Positions 1 to 9,496 of a stretch of 32,000 nucleotides of DNA are shown here, piece by piece; position 1 is the stretch's first letter; the number at the start of each line of letters is the position of its first letter. The DNA comes from Sedimentisphaera cyanobacteriorum (GTDB taxonomy: Bacteria > Planctomycetota > Phycisphaerae > Sedimentisphaerales > Sedimentisphaeraceae), in contig NZ_CP019633.1 in the NCBI RefSeq assembly GCF_001997385.1, forward strand, positions 2,370,001 to 2,402,000. The letters are read 5' to 3'. The notes beneath the pieces are model-generated. The model searched no databases. It was not told the DNA's origin and saw only the letters and a program-made list of their open reading frames with translations. The translations under genes and the position numbers were made by a program.

Positions 1-349
1 CGTCGCCGTACCAGTAGTTCCCCCAGCGCTGCTGATAGCGGCCTGTGATAAGCCCTGTACGGCTAGGGCTGCATATTGGAGATGTACCGTAAGCGTTTTT
101 GAAATATGTGCCGGTTTTGGCGAGTCTGTCGAAGCCCGGGGTGCCGTATTTCTTTACGTCATCCGGAGCATCCGGCAGGAAAGACATATCAGCATAGCCC
201 AAATCGTCTGCAATTATAACCACAACATTCGGCTTTTTCTGCTCTGATGGGGCGATCAAAGAGCCTGTGCAGGAGCTCAAAGCTCCCATTCCGCTGATGG
301 TAATGCCTGCTGCGCCGGCGTATTTAAGAAAATCTCGTCTGCTTTTCAT
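1..349 (-). CDS. Sulfatase (formylglycine type), N-terminal fragment. The gene continues past the left edge of the window.
   Basis: Hand translation of the reverse strand from ATG at 349..347 gives MKSRRDFLKYAGAAGITISGMGALSSC...NVVVIIADDLGYAD...SPICSPSRTGLITGRYQQRWG. It has a twin-arginine-like RRDFLK leader, a DDLGY metal-site block and the C-x-P-x-R formylglycine motif. It is absent from the ORF track because it is edge-truncated. Confidence 0.85.
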   Translation of the reverse strand, partial: MKSRRDFLKYAGAAGITISGMGALSSCTGSLIAPSEQKKPNVVVIIADDLGYADMSFLPDAPDDVKKYGTPGFDRLAKTGTYFKNAYGTSPICSPSRTGLITGRYQQRWGNYWYGD

Positions 350-580
350 TTGTAATCCTTAATCAAGTATTTGATGTTCTATAAGTGTATGTCAGCCGGG
401 TTAATTTTTTTCATTTAATTTTATCGAACGAAAGCCAATTTATGCTTTAAAGGCGGGAATAGATGCCTGCCTTGTGTCAAGCAGGGTTATCTTTTGGGGC
501 GGTTAGATAGTTTAGAACCACGAAATTTAAACCAATCCCCCCAACCAAAAAATTGTGTTTTGTTTTATCACTAAGGGGCC

Positions 581-760
581 GAAACACACGAAGGGGATAT
601 GGTTTTGATTGTTTTTTTATCCACAGATGACACAGATGGCACAGATTTTATTTGAATGTAAGCGATTGATGTAAAACAATTTATAACATAAATTTTCGAG
701 CCCTTTGAGCACTTCGTGATTTTAACAAATTACCCGCCCAAAAAATCCTGCCAATCCTAT
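581..760. repeat. Compact mosaic of intergenic repeat modules A-B-C
   Basis: Module A (581..656) is gaaacacacgaaggggatatggttttgatt...tatccacagatgacacagatggcacagattttattt. Module B (697..725) is cgagccctttgagcacttcgtgattttaa. Module C (728..760) is aattacccgcccaaaaaatcctgccaatcctat. Each module recurs in the same order at 28287..28953, and module A recurs at 31336..31408. Confidence 0.7.
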
Positions 761-833
761 CGAAGGTATTATTGAAATGCAGGGGCGAACCAGAGCGAAC
801 GCCCCATTTTTAGCCGCAAAAGATTATTCGTAC

Positions 834-1493
834 TTATGCCCTGCGTTTGCGGAGGATAAATCCGCCGAGGCCCAGAAGCGCCATCGTCGCAGGCTCGGGG
901 GTGATCGTTACTGAAGTAATATCAAATGCCGTATCACCGCCGCTGGATATCATATTTAAGACAGGCTGTTCTGAAACACTGTATTCTCCGAGATAATCGG
1001 AAAAGTATTCCTGAGGAGTAACATAAGATGTATCGGAATAGTCAAATGTCAGACCAGCAAGTAAAAACGGATAAGCGTTAAGCTTAGAAATAGTGCTTCC
1101 ATTCAAGGTTTCAGAATTTATATCGGAATAGTCTGAGCTGAGTGTGATATAAATACCGTCAGATTCAATATTTATTTTTTCCCATGGATCTCCATTTTCT
1201 GAATCAGGTCTAACGTATTCACCTGACACCCCTGAACCGTACAACTCTGTAAACACAGGCTTTTGTTCTAACGTTTCAGAATACCAGCTATTTCGGTCTG
1301 AAATAAAACTGTCAATATTATGTTCCGTCCGAGAACCGTTGACAACGAAAGAAAAATCATACTCTTGGCCTTCCTGATATCCTAAAACGGTGTCTTGAGC
1401 TTCCCCGGTTATGGTAATAACCGGATCATACGCAGCAAACCCTGCGGAAGCGAAGACCAAACACACAGCCAGACACGATAATAATTTCTTCAT
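834..1493 (-). CDS. PEP-CTERM-anchored secreted protein, function unknown
   Basis: ORF track 834..1502. The ATG at 1493 (MKKLLSCLAV...) follows GAAAGG. It has an N-terminal signal peptide. The C-terminus TPEPATMALLGLGGFILRKRRA gives a PEP motif, a hydrophobic helix and a basic tail. Confidence 0.8.
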   Translation of the reverse strand: MKKLLSCLAVCLVFASAGFAAYDPVITITGEAQDTVLGYQEGQEYDFSFVVNGSRTEHNIDSFISDRNSWYSETLEQKPVFTELYGSGVSGEYVRPDSENGDPWEKINIESDGIYITLSSDYSDINSETLNGSTISKLNAYPFLLAGLTFDYSDTSYVTPQEYFSDYLGEYSVSEQPVLNMISSGGDTAFDITSVTITPEPATMALLGLGGFILRKRRA

Positions 1494-1660
1494 GATAAAC
1501 ACCTTTCACAATTCTCTAAAAAAACAATTAAACATACTTCTTTTGAGTTAACAAAACTGAATTGAAAAATCAAATTAATTTTAAGTATTTTTCCTGATTT
1601 TCTAAATTTTTCATGCGGCTTAAAGTGATTGGAGGTAAATCTTTGCCGCACTTTTTACCT

Positions 1661-1955
1661 AAAATAGGGGACAGTTACCTAATAATTGTTTTCAACTGAT
1701 GTGAGTTTGCAGCTTCTTTGATTATTTTTTAGAAAACCAATTTCTGATTGTTCACAGGCTTTTAATCGGCATTTTTTTCTGTTTAATTGCTTCATCAAGG
1801 CTTTAAACCGAGCAAATATGCTTGTTGAGCGGCAGCTGCTCTTGACGAACCGCTTGCCGCCTCATCTGAGCCAAATTCTTATCCCGGCCAATTCCCTATC
1901 TCATTATTTTATAAAGCTTTTTACTATTAAAAATAGGTAACTGTTCCCCTATTTT
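1661..1955. repeat. MITE-like unit of about 295 bp bounded by 20/21-bp inverted repeats
   Basis: The left arm 1661..1680 is aaaataggggacagttacct. The right arm 1935..1955 is aggtaactgttcccctatttt, its reverse complement with one extra T. No credible ORF lies between them. Confidence 0.45.
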
Positions 1956-1995
1956 TCACCGCAATTTGATATTCTGCACCAATACGGGGGCTCAA

Positions 1996-2134
1996 TGTTT
2001 AACATTCCCCGTACTACAGCGGTGTTCGCCGTGGCGGACCCGCCAGGCATTCTTTTAGAGAAGATTTTTTGCTTACGGCCGGCTCTACACGTTTCGCTAT
2101 CCTAGCGGGTTCGCCACGGCGAACTCCGCTGTAC
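1996..2134. repeat. REP-like element: two 34-bp arms in inverted orientation
   Basis: Arm 2014..2047 is ctacagcggtgttcgccgtggcggacccgccagg. Arm 2101..2134 is cctagcgggttcgccacggcgaactccgctgtac. They are reverse-complementary at about 30 of 34 positions with a 53-nt spacer. The stretch 1996..2058 recurs inverted at 28455..28517. Confidence 0.7.
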
Positions 2135-2420
2135 GACGCTGCATTATTAAGCAGCGAACCGCTGGCTCAGTCCGTAAATGCTACGGCTGGAGAGTTTGCT
2201 GAAAACTTAACATTCATTCAAATTCAGCGAATGCTTAATTGAGTGCAGTAATATTACTGGCAGGATGTTTTTTTGTCCTTGAAACACGGCTTTTTCAGGC
2301 TTTTTGAACAATTAATTTGAAAAGTGCGACTAAATTTTTTAATCTTAATTCAGAGCTTTGAATTTTCATCTGTGTATTGATGTAGGTGTATTATTGTATT
2401 TTGCTAAAGGAGGCAAAAAA

Positions 2421-4817
2421 ATGAAGAAGTTATCATTTCCATTAGTTTTAATTATGCTTATCTCGGGGTTTCTCTGCGCTGAGCCGTACTGCTCAACACA
2501 AGACGCCTCAGATTGGCAGGAGGCTCTGGATGAAGGTTTTATCCGCGGCCTCACTCTCCCTGAATGGCAGGAATATATGAATCAGTGGCAGCAGTATTTG
2601 GGTCCCGGCGGTATCCCCTATCCTGTTGACACGCAGTTCCTCCAGCCTGAGCTTTATGTAGCAGAAAATGCCGGGGAAATGGACGAACAGCCCGGGCTTG
2701 TGATGGCTTGGGGGGAAGACGGCCAGCCGGACGGCGAGTATGCAAGCGCTTGGGTTTACGAGTACGGCGTTGATCCGGACCTCAGCGGAGCGGTGATTCA
2801 GATTACTGTTGTCCCGCCTCAGTACGGCCCGACGGGCAGTCAGGTGAATACCGTGTCTTTCGGCATCCGTGATATGAACGGAGCAATTCGCTCTTGGCAC
2901 TGGGTCTGCGGTCCGGGCGGACTCCCTTGGAACACGCCAACAACGATAACAATCAATGCCTGGATGACCGGACCTGCCGCAGCATCTCCCGCTGCCTCAG
3001 GCTTTATGAACAATCCGGCCTTCGATATCACCAAGGTGATTGATTTCATCGTGGATGAGAACGCTGTTTGGGTAGGCGGGCCAGCTGCTGTTCCGCCTCC
3101 GGGGCAAACCGTTCCAAAGCCCTGGAACTACTGGTACGATTTGATTGTAAGGCCGAGCGATAACCCTGAAGGGATGACAGTCGGGTTTAATCCAGAGATA
3201 CATCAGGATATCGAAAACCCCGACCTCTGGCCGAACGACTATCACATGGAATTTGTGGTAGAATCTTACAATCCCTTCAATCCCTCTGCTGCTGCCCCGC
3301 CGATTCTTCTCTCCCATATTGATGATATGTTTATGTCTTTCAACTACAGCATAACCCCGCAGGGCGACGGGTATTATCATGTAACGATGGACTGGTCTAA
3401 CCCTGTAGAAGACCCAATTCCATACTGCACTGTAATACATCTGGGCTTTGAGCTGGAAGTTATAAACAGCAATGTTATTATGGAAGTGAAGGGCTGGTGG
3501 ACAAAAGACGGAGTGCCGGTTGAAGATTTGGCAGAGCCCGATCTGCCTAATGCCGGCTTCACTCCGCTTTTAGGGTTTAGGGTGGAAGACGGGATGATAA
3601 ATCCTCCGCCTATCGGGATGCCGGAATTCGGCTATCTCACTCTGAGAAACGGAGACGGCAACCCCGACACCTCGCAGGGCGAGATACCTGTTGAGATAGT
3701 GCAGCTCGAGCTTGCAGTTCTCAGCCCTGAGGAGCTGGCAAACCAGCTTGGAGACTATCCTTTCGGCGAGCTCAATGCTTCCAGCCCTCTCCAGCAGGAG
3801 CTCCCATGGATGCCTGTTCTGCAGGACGGAATGCCTGTAGAGGAGAATAACCCTGTAAATATGCCGCCGGACAGCTTCTTTGATGTTTTCTTTGATATAG
3901 ACCTGTCCGAGCCAACTCCGATTGATGCGGGCGATTTTGTTATCATTCGCGAGAAAGTCAGGTTTATGAACAACAACAATATGGTTGATGAGAGATGGTC
4001 TTGGCATCTGCACGAAGCTGATAACGGCGAATGCGATCTTGGCGATGCTCCGGACGACACCAATTCTGCGTTTGCGCCTATGGTTACTTATCCGGCAGCA
4101 GTCCCTGCAAAATTCCCAACCACCTACCAGAACGGCAGCCCGCCTTTCGGCCCGATACACTTCTGGCCTGCCTCAGGACCGTATCTGGGAACAGGGGTAA
4201 CTCTGGAATGGGACGCTGATTTCGGCTCCGATGAAGACCCTACGAACAATATCATTCCGGCATCCAACGCAGCAGATAAAGACTTCGCAGATGACGGGAT
4301 CGTTGGTATGCCGCTGTCGATGCCGAAATGCGAGAATACGAGCTTCGATTACCGTGTAACAGTGCCGGCAGGTGCGGAAGGAATAACAGCTTATGTTAAT
4401 GCTTGGGCAGATTTCAACCGAGACGGCGACTGGGACGATATAATTGTATGCGCTGACAGCGGCCAGCAGGTTAGCGAATGGATCGTTCAAGACCAGCAGC
4501 TTGCGAATCTCAGTGCGGGCGTAAATACAATCACTACCCCGCCATTCTACTCTTGGCATCCGGGAAGCGCTGACGAAGAGCCGATGTGGCTGAGGATTAC
4601 GATTGCGCCTACAGCTTTCACAGGAAGCGGCGATCCGGTTGCAGCGGGCTCAGGCCCTGCAGGGGGCTACAGCTACGGCGAAACGGAAGATTATATATTC
4701 GTTCCTGTTGCAACCAGCGAGGATACCTGCGACTGCGCAGACCTTACCGGAGACGGCTTTGTTGATCTCAGCGACCTTGCATGCATGGCGAGCCAGTGGC
4801 TCACAAACTGCCCGTAA
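2421..4817 (+). CDS. Large secreted protein with a GEVED-type domain and a dockerin-like C-terminal repeat, function unknown
   Basis: ORF track 2358..4817. The likely start is ATG 2421 (MKKLSFPLVLIMLISGFLCA signal peptide) after AAAGGAGG. Near the C-terminus are WADFNRDGDWDD...GETEDYIF (GExEDY, GEVED-like), then CDCADLTGDGFVDLSDLACMASQW (dockerin/EF-hand-like). Confidence 0.75.
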   Translation: MKKLSFPLVLIMLISGFLCAEPYCSTQDASDWQEALDEGFIRGLTLPEWQEYMNQWQQYLGPGGIPYPVDTQFLQPELYVAENAGEMDEQPGLVMAWGEDGQPDGEYASAWVYEYGVDPDLSGAVIQITVVPPQYGPTGSQVNTVSFGIRDMNGAIRSWHWVCGPGGLPWNTPTTITINAWMTGPAAASPAASGFMNNPAFDITKVIDFIVDENAVWVGGPAAVPPPGQTVPKPWNYWYDLIVRPSDNPEGMTVGFNPEIHQDIENPDLWPNDYHMEFVVESYNPFNPSAAAPPILLSHIDDMFMSFNYSITPQGDGYYHVTMDWSNPVEDPIPYCTVIHLGFELEVINSNVIMEVKGWWTKDGVPVEDLAEPDLPNAGFTPLLGFRVEDGMINPPPIGMPEFGYLTLRNGDGNPDTSQGEIPVEIVQLELAVLSPEELANQLGDYPFGELNASSPLQQELPWMPVLQDGMPVEENNPVNMPPDSFFDVFFDIDLSEPTPIDAGDFVIIREKVRFMNNNNMVDERWSWHLHEADNGECDLGDAPDDTNSAFAPMVTYPAAVPAKFPTTYQNGSPPFGPIHFWPASGPYLGTGVTLEWDADFGSDEDPTNNIIPASNAADKDFADDGIVGMPLSMPKCENTSFDYRVTVPAGAEGITAYVNAWADFNRDGDWDDIIVCADSGQQVSEWIVQDQQLANLSAGVNTITTPPFYSWHPGSADEEPMWLRITIAPTAFTGSGDPVAAGSGPAGGYSYGETEDYIFVPVATSEDTCDCADLTGDGFVDLSDLACMASQWLTNCP

Positions 4818-4834
4818 TCTCAGAATTTAAAGAA

Positions 4835-4876
4835 AAAGGGCTGAAGATTTTTTCTTTAGCCCTTTCATTTCCTTTT
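4835..4876 (+). terminator. Rho-independent terminator candidate
   Basis: The 8-bp stem aaagggct (4835..4842) pairs with agcccttt (4858..4865) around a 15-nt loop. A T-rich tract catttccttttg follows. It starts 18 nt after the stop at 4817. Confidence 0.55.
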
Positions 4877-4934
4877 GCTGATGTTATAATATACTCTGTA
4901 TTTAGATGTAAGTGTTTAAAAAGGGAAGTTCAAA

Positions 4935-5849
4935 ATGATGGTGATAGGTTATCGCAAAAAAATGCACTTTTTGTTTGCGTGTGTTTTCTCAGCTGCTGCA
5001 GCGGTAAATGCAGCGTATGTACAGGAAGATTTCAGAGGCACATCGGCACCCGGCTGGGTGATTCAGTCTAATTCTGCCGGCTCCCCGGGATTAACTGCGG
5101 ATACAGGAGAAGACCCGGACGGCGATGGATGGCTGAGGCTTACCAATGATCAGGATGCCAACCAAGGGGCTTTTGCTTACTACGACACCGCAATTCCCAC
5201 AAACAAGGGTCTTATGTTTACGTTCGATTTTGTTACTTGGGGAAGCGGAGGAACGCTCGCTGACGGGCTGGCTCTTGCAATTTTCAGAGCGGATGTTGAT
5301 CCTGACCCTCAAAGCTACGGCGGCTCGCTTGCATACGCTCCTCAATACAGCTCTCCAGGACTGAACGGGGCTGTAGCCGGTTTTGGATTTGACGAGTTCG
5401 GAAATTTCTCAAACCCCTCCGAAGGAAGAACAGGCGGTCCGGGACAGACTCAAGATTCTGTAGCTATAAGGGGCTCTCAAGGAGAAGACAGGTTCACCGG
5501 GTATGAATACCAGACTGGAACCGGTTCTTTGGCGGATTTCTCCACAGATGAGGTATCTTCAAGGGATGATGCAGTTATACATACGGTAAAAATCACAATC
5601 CCTACAGACAAGGTGATTTCTGTAGAATGGAAACCTGAAGGGGAAGACTGGTCTTATCTGATAAGGGATTACGAGTGCGGGCTTGAATGCCCCGATCATA
5701 TCAAATTCGGTTATGCCGCATCCACAGGCGCACTTAAAGCATACCACGAGATAAGAAATCTGAGTGTAACCGAGGTTCCGGAGCCTGCTTCAATTTCCAT
5801 TATGGCTTTGGGAGGATTAGCTTTTTTGAGAAAGCGAAAATATAAATAA
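4935..5849 (+). CDS. PEP-CTERM protein with an L-type (legume-like) lectin domain
   Basis: The ORF track start follows AAGGGAAG. It has a signal peptide (FLFACVFSAAAAVNA). LRLTNDQDANQGAFAYYDTAIPTNKGLMFTFDF...ADGLALAIF resembles L-type lectin folds. The C-terminus is VPEPASISIMALGGLAFLRKRKYK. Confidence 0.75.
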   Translation: MMVIGYRKKMHFLFACVFSAAAAVNAAYVQEDFRGTSAPGWVIQSNSAGSPGLTADTGEDPDGDGWLRLTNDQDANQGAFAYYDTAIPTNKGLMFTFDFVTWGSGGTLADGLALAIFRADVDPDPQSYGGSLAYAPQYSSPGLNGAVAGFGFDEFGNFSNPSEGRTGGPGQTQDSVAIRGSQGEDRFTGYEYQTGTGSLADFSTDEVSSRDDAVIHTVKITIPTDKVISVEWKPEGEDWSYLIRDYECGLECPDHIKFGYAASTGALKAYHEIRNLSVTEVPEPASISIMALGGLAFLRKRKYK

Positions 5850-5864
5850 GTTCAGCCTGATTGT

Positions 5865-5907
5865 AAGGCCGCAGCGGAATTAGGATTTCCTGCGGCCTTT
5901 TTATTTT
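5865..5907 (+). terminator. Rho-independent terminator
   Basis: The stem aaggccgcag (5865..5874) pairs with ctgcggcctt (5890..5899). It is followed by tttatttt. Confidence 0.75.
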
Positions 5908-6004
5908 TAAATTCTCGGCTTGCCTAAACGTGGAGTATTGATAGAATCTTGATTGTTATTTTTTCGTTAATTATCAATAAGTTTATACAATTTGCGGTTA
6001 TAAA

Positions 6005-9000
6005 ATGTCTAATCAAGGTTTTTCGCATCTCCATCTTCACACTGAATACTCACTGCTCGACGGAGCGGTAAAAATACCCGAACTTCTCAAAAAATGCAGG
6101 GAATACGAAATGGCTTCTGTGGCCATGACAGACCACGGAAACCTCTACGGGGCAATAGATTTCTATAAGACATTTGCCGGCAGCGGGGTTAAGCCGATAA
6201 TCGGCCTCGAGGCATACTATACCCCGGGGAAAAGGCAGGAAAGAACCGGCACCCAGAAGGACTCAAACTTTCACCTGCTCCTGCTTGCCGAAAACAACAC
6301 CGGCTATCAGAACCTCATAAAGCTCACATCCCTTTCATACACCGAAGGCCTGTACTACAAGCCGAGGGTGGATGATGAGCTTCTCAGCCGATACAGTGAG
6401 GGGATTATAGCCTGCTCAGCGTGTTTAGGGGGGATAATCCCGCAGTACATCATACGCGGCAGGCACGAGGATGCCGTTAAGGCAGCTGAAAACTACGCAA
6501 AAATTTTCGGCGAGAATAATTTCTTCATAGAGATTCAGCGGCACAGCTGGGTGGATGAGGAGCCTGTGGACCCAAACCCCGAGATGATCGAAATTGCTAA
6601 GAAGCTCGGGCTCGGATTAGTGGCAACAAACGACGTGCACTTTCTCAACAAAGCCGACTACGAGGCGCACGATATCCTCACCTGCATCAGCACAGGCAAG
6701 ATTGTCAGCGATGAGAACAGAATGCACTACCCAACCAGCGTGTATCTCAAATCGCCTCAAGAGATGAGGGAGCTTTTCAGCGATGTCCCTGAGGCTTGCG
6801 ATAATACGCTTCAAATCGCTGAGCGGTGCAATGTGGAGATAGACCTTGAAACACAGCACGCACCGAAATTCACGCCGCCGGAGAAAAAAACTCCGGGCGA
6901 ATATCTGCGTGAGCTGGTGTACAAAGGCGCCGAAGAGCGTTACAAGGAGATAACAGAAGAAATTAAAAACCGGATAGAGCGTGAAATCGGCGTTATAGAC
7001 GGCAAAGGCTTCTCGAGCTACTTCCTAATCGTATGGGAATTCTGCAACTGGGCAGCGAAAAACGGCATCCCCACCGGAGCAAGAGGCAGCGGCGTGGGAA
7101 CGATAGTGGGCTACTGCCTCGGTCTTTGCAATGTTGACCCAATCAGGTACGGCCTGCTGTTTGAGCGTTTTATGGATCCCGAGCGAAATGAGATGCCCGA
7201 TATCGATATCGATATCTGTCAGGACGGAAGGCCTGCCCTGCTGAACTACGTGCGTGAGAAGTACGGCGAGATAGCCCAGATAACCACATTCGGGACAATG
7301 GGAGCAAAGTGCGTTATAAGGGATGTTGGCAGGGCTCTGGACGTGCCTCTGACAGATGTGAACAGGGTTGCCAAGATGATTCCCGAAGGGCCTAAGGTTA
7401 CTCTCGATGGAGCTCTTGAAGACGACCATGACCTCAAAAAGGAATACCAAGACAACCCGCAGACAAAGAAAATGATAGACACCGGCCTAAAGCTCGAGGG
7501 GCTTTCAAGGCATGCCGGCGTGCATGCCTGTGCGGTGGTTATTGCTGATGAGCCGCTGGATACAATGCTTCCGCTGTATCGCCAGAGCGGTTCGGAAGAC
7601 CTTATCACCCAGTTTGAAGGGCCTTATGTGGAGGCGGTTGGGCTATTGAAGATGGATTTTCTCGGTCTGAGAACGCTGAGCATTATCGAATCCACAAAGC
7701 GAAAAGTTAAGAGAATCCACGGCGATCATATCGATATCGAAGCCGTTGACATAAAAGACCAGAACGTTTTAGGCGGGATATTCGGGGCAGGAAAAACAAA
7801 AGGCGTGTTTCAGTTTGAATCGGCAGGTATGGTTCGCTTGCTCAAAGACCTCAAACCAGACCGTCTTGAAGACCTCATCGCAGCTAACGCACTGTACCGC
7901 CCGGGCCCGATGGACTTGATTGATGATTTCGTTGCAAGGAAGCATGGGGCGAAATGGGAGGTGCCTCATCCTGTAATGGAGGAGGTGCTCGAAGAAACCT
8001 TCGGGATTATGGTGTATCAGGAGCAGGTGATGCAGATTTGCCACAGGCTCGGAGGAATCAAGCTTCGTGAGGCATACAAGCTCATTAAAGCCATAAGCAA
8101 GAAGAAAGAAAAAATCATCGCCGATAAGAAGCAGCATTTCATCAGCGGATGCGTTGAAAACGGCCTCGATAAAGAGCAGGCCGAGAATATCTTTGCCCTT
8201 ATCGAAAAATTTGCCGGCTACGGCTTCAACAAAAGCCACTCCTCGCGGTATGCGTTTGTTGCTTTCCAAACCGCATACCTCAAGCGATATTGGCCGGTGG
8301 AGTTTATGGCTTCCCTGCTCACCTACGAAAAGGGCGACCAGACAAAGGCCAAGGAATACTTCAAAGAATGCAAGGCTATGGGGATTGATATCCTCCCGCC
8401 GGATATAAATGAAAGCTTTGTGGATTTCAAGGCCGCCTACGATTCCGAAAAGGACAGAAAGAATAAGTGCGGAAAGATTCGCTTCGGCCTCGGGGCTATA
8501 AAGGGGCTTGGAGAGAAGGCGATTGAAAAGATTATAGAGGCAAGAGAAGAATGCGGAGGCTTTACAGGACTGTATCACTTCTGCGAAAATGTTGATCTGA
8601 GAGCTGTTACCAAGCAGTCTATAGAGGCGCTGATTAAAGCGGGCGCTTTCGATCGGCTCGGAGGAAGCAGGGCACAGTTTTTCGAGGCGGTAGAGTCTGC
8701 CGTAAAAGCAGGACAGACAGCGCAGGCCGATAAGCTCAGCGGACAGGGAAATTTATTCGCCGCATTCGGGGAGGAAGAAAGCGGACAGGAAGCTCAGGCA
8801 AACAGCCTGCCGGATGTGCCCGCTTGGCCGCCTGCACTTATGCTCAGCTATGAAAAAGATCTGCTCGGGATTTTCGTTACATCAAACCCGCTCAGCAGGC
8901 AGGCCGATACAATCACCGCATACTCCACAGCCCACAGCGATGAGATTCCAAAGCTGGCAGACAAGGCGGATATCATCATCGGAGGGATGATCACCGATAC

Positions 9001-9481
9001 TAAAATCTTTACCACAAAATCCGGCAAAAATGCCGGCAAAAAGATGTGTATCGTGAGCTTTGAAGATCTCAACGGCGAATGCGAGATTGTGCTTTTCCCT
9101 GATCAGTTTGCTGAATTCTCGCATCTGATAGAGCAGGATAAGATTATATTCGTTCAGGGCAAGGTTGATAAATCCCGTGATAATCCTCAGATTATTGCCA
9201 AAAGGGTTATCCTGCCCGAGCTGGTTATGAATCAGTTCTCAACGAATGTTTTCATCAAATGGAAGAGCTCTTATGAGGAGGCGAAGGTAGAAAAGCTCAA
9301 GCGTGTTATCAGCGAATACAGCGGCAAATCGCCCGTATTTCTCGAGATAAAAACCGAAGACGGAAGCATTGTTACCGTCCAGTTCGACGGAAAATTCGCA
9401 GTTACCCCAGACCAGAATTTCAGAGGGCAGGTTAGGAGCATCGCCGGCGACAGCGCTCTGGAGCTCAGAAGAAGCAAATAG
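6005..9481 (+). CDS. dnaE: DNA polymerase III alpha subunit
   Basis: 1158 aa. It has an N-terminal PHP domain (FSHLHLHTEYSLLDGA), a polymerase core (MPDIDIDI, GLLKMDFLGL, FNKSHS) and a C-terminal OB-fold region. The length is typical for DnaE. Confidence 0.95.
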   Translation: MSNQGFSHLHLHTEYSLLDGAVKIPELLKKCREYEMASVAMTDHGNLYGAIDFYKTFAGSGVKPIIGLEAYYTPGKRQERTGTQKDSNFHLLLLAENNTGYQNLIKLTSLSYTEGLYYKPRVDDELLSRYSEGIIACSACLGGIIPQYIIRGRHEDAVKAAENYAKIFGENNFFIEIQRHSWVDEEPVDPNPEMIEIAKKLGLGLVATNDVHFLNKADYEAHDILTCISTGKIVSDENRMHYPTSVYLKSPQEMRELFSDVPEACDNTLQIAERCNVEIDLETQHAPKFTPPEKKTPGEYLRELVYKGAEERYKEITEEIKNRIEREIGVIDGKGFSSYFLIVWEFCNWAAKNGIPTGARGSGVGTIVGYCLGLCNVDPIRYGLLFERFMDPERNEMPDIDIDICQDGRPALLNYVREKYGEIAQITTFGTMGAKCVIRDVGRALDVPLTDVNRVAKMIPEGPKVTLDGALEDDHDLKKEYQDNPQTKKMIDTGLKLEGLSRHAGVHACAVVIADEPLDTMLPLYRQSGSEDLITQFEGPYVEAVGLLKMDFLGLRTLSIIESTKRKVKRIHGDHIDIEAVDIKDQNVLGGIFGAGKTKGVFQFESAGMVRLLKDLKPDRLEDLIAANALYRPGPMDLIDDFVARKHGAKWEVPHPVMEEVLEETFGIMVYQEQVMQICHRLGGIKLREAYKLIKAISKKKEKIIADKKQHFISGCVENGLDKEQAENIFALIEKFAGYGFNKSHSSRYAFVAFQTAYLKRYWPVEFMASLLTYEKGDQTKAKEYFKECKAMGIDILPPDINESFVDFKAAYDSEKDRKNKCGKIRFGLGAIKGLGEKAIEKIIEAREECGGFTGLYHFCENVDLRAVTKQSIEALIKAGAFDRLGGSRAQFFEAVESAVKAGQTAQADKLSGQGNLFAAFGEEESGQEAQANSLPDVPAWPPALMLSYEKDLLGIFVTSNPLSRQADTITAYSTAHSDEIPKLADKADIIIGGMITDTKIFTTKSGKNAGKKMCIVSFEDLNGECEIVLFPDQFAEFSHLIEQDKIIFVQGKVDKSRDNPQIIAKRVILPELVMNQFSTNVFIKWKSSYEEAKVEKLKRVISEYSGKSPVFLEIKTEDGSIVTVQFDGKFAVTPDQNFRGQVRSIAGDSALELRRSK

Positions 9482-9496
9482 CATAAGGTTGGATTG

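Noticed and set aside
780-815. The hairpin ggggcg...cgcccc downstream of the first PEP-CTERM gene as its terminator.
   Set aside because: It has only a 6-bp stem with a 12-nt loop. The U-tract is on the wrong side for the minus-strand gene. This is too weak to annotate.
7769-8578. A 269-aa minus-strand ORF inside dnaE. Similar long antisense ORFs occur at 19646..20428 (in proA), 3570..4160 (in the 819-aa gene), 11260..11751 (in aroB), 13463..13966 (in the permease gene), 20466..21140 (in the sulfatase gene), and 25963..26409, 26599..27012 and 26991..27389 (in htrA).
   Set aside because: All of them lie antisense to genes with strong family motifs. Their translations are low-complexity or Arg/Ser/Pro-rich with no motifs. 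These are typical shadow ORFs.
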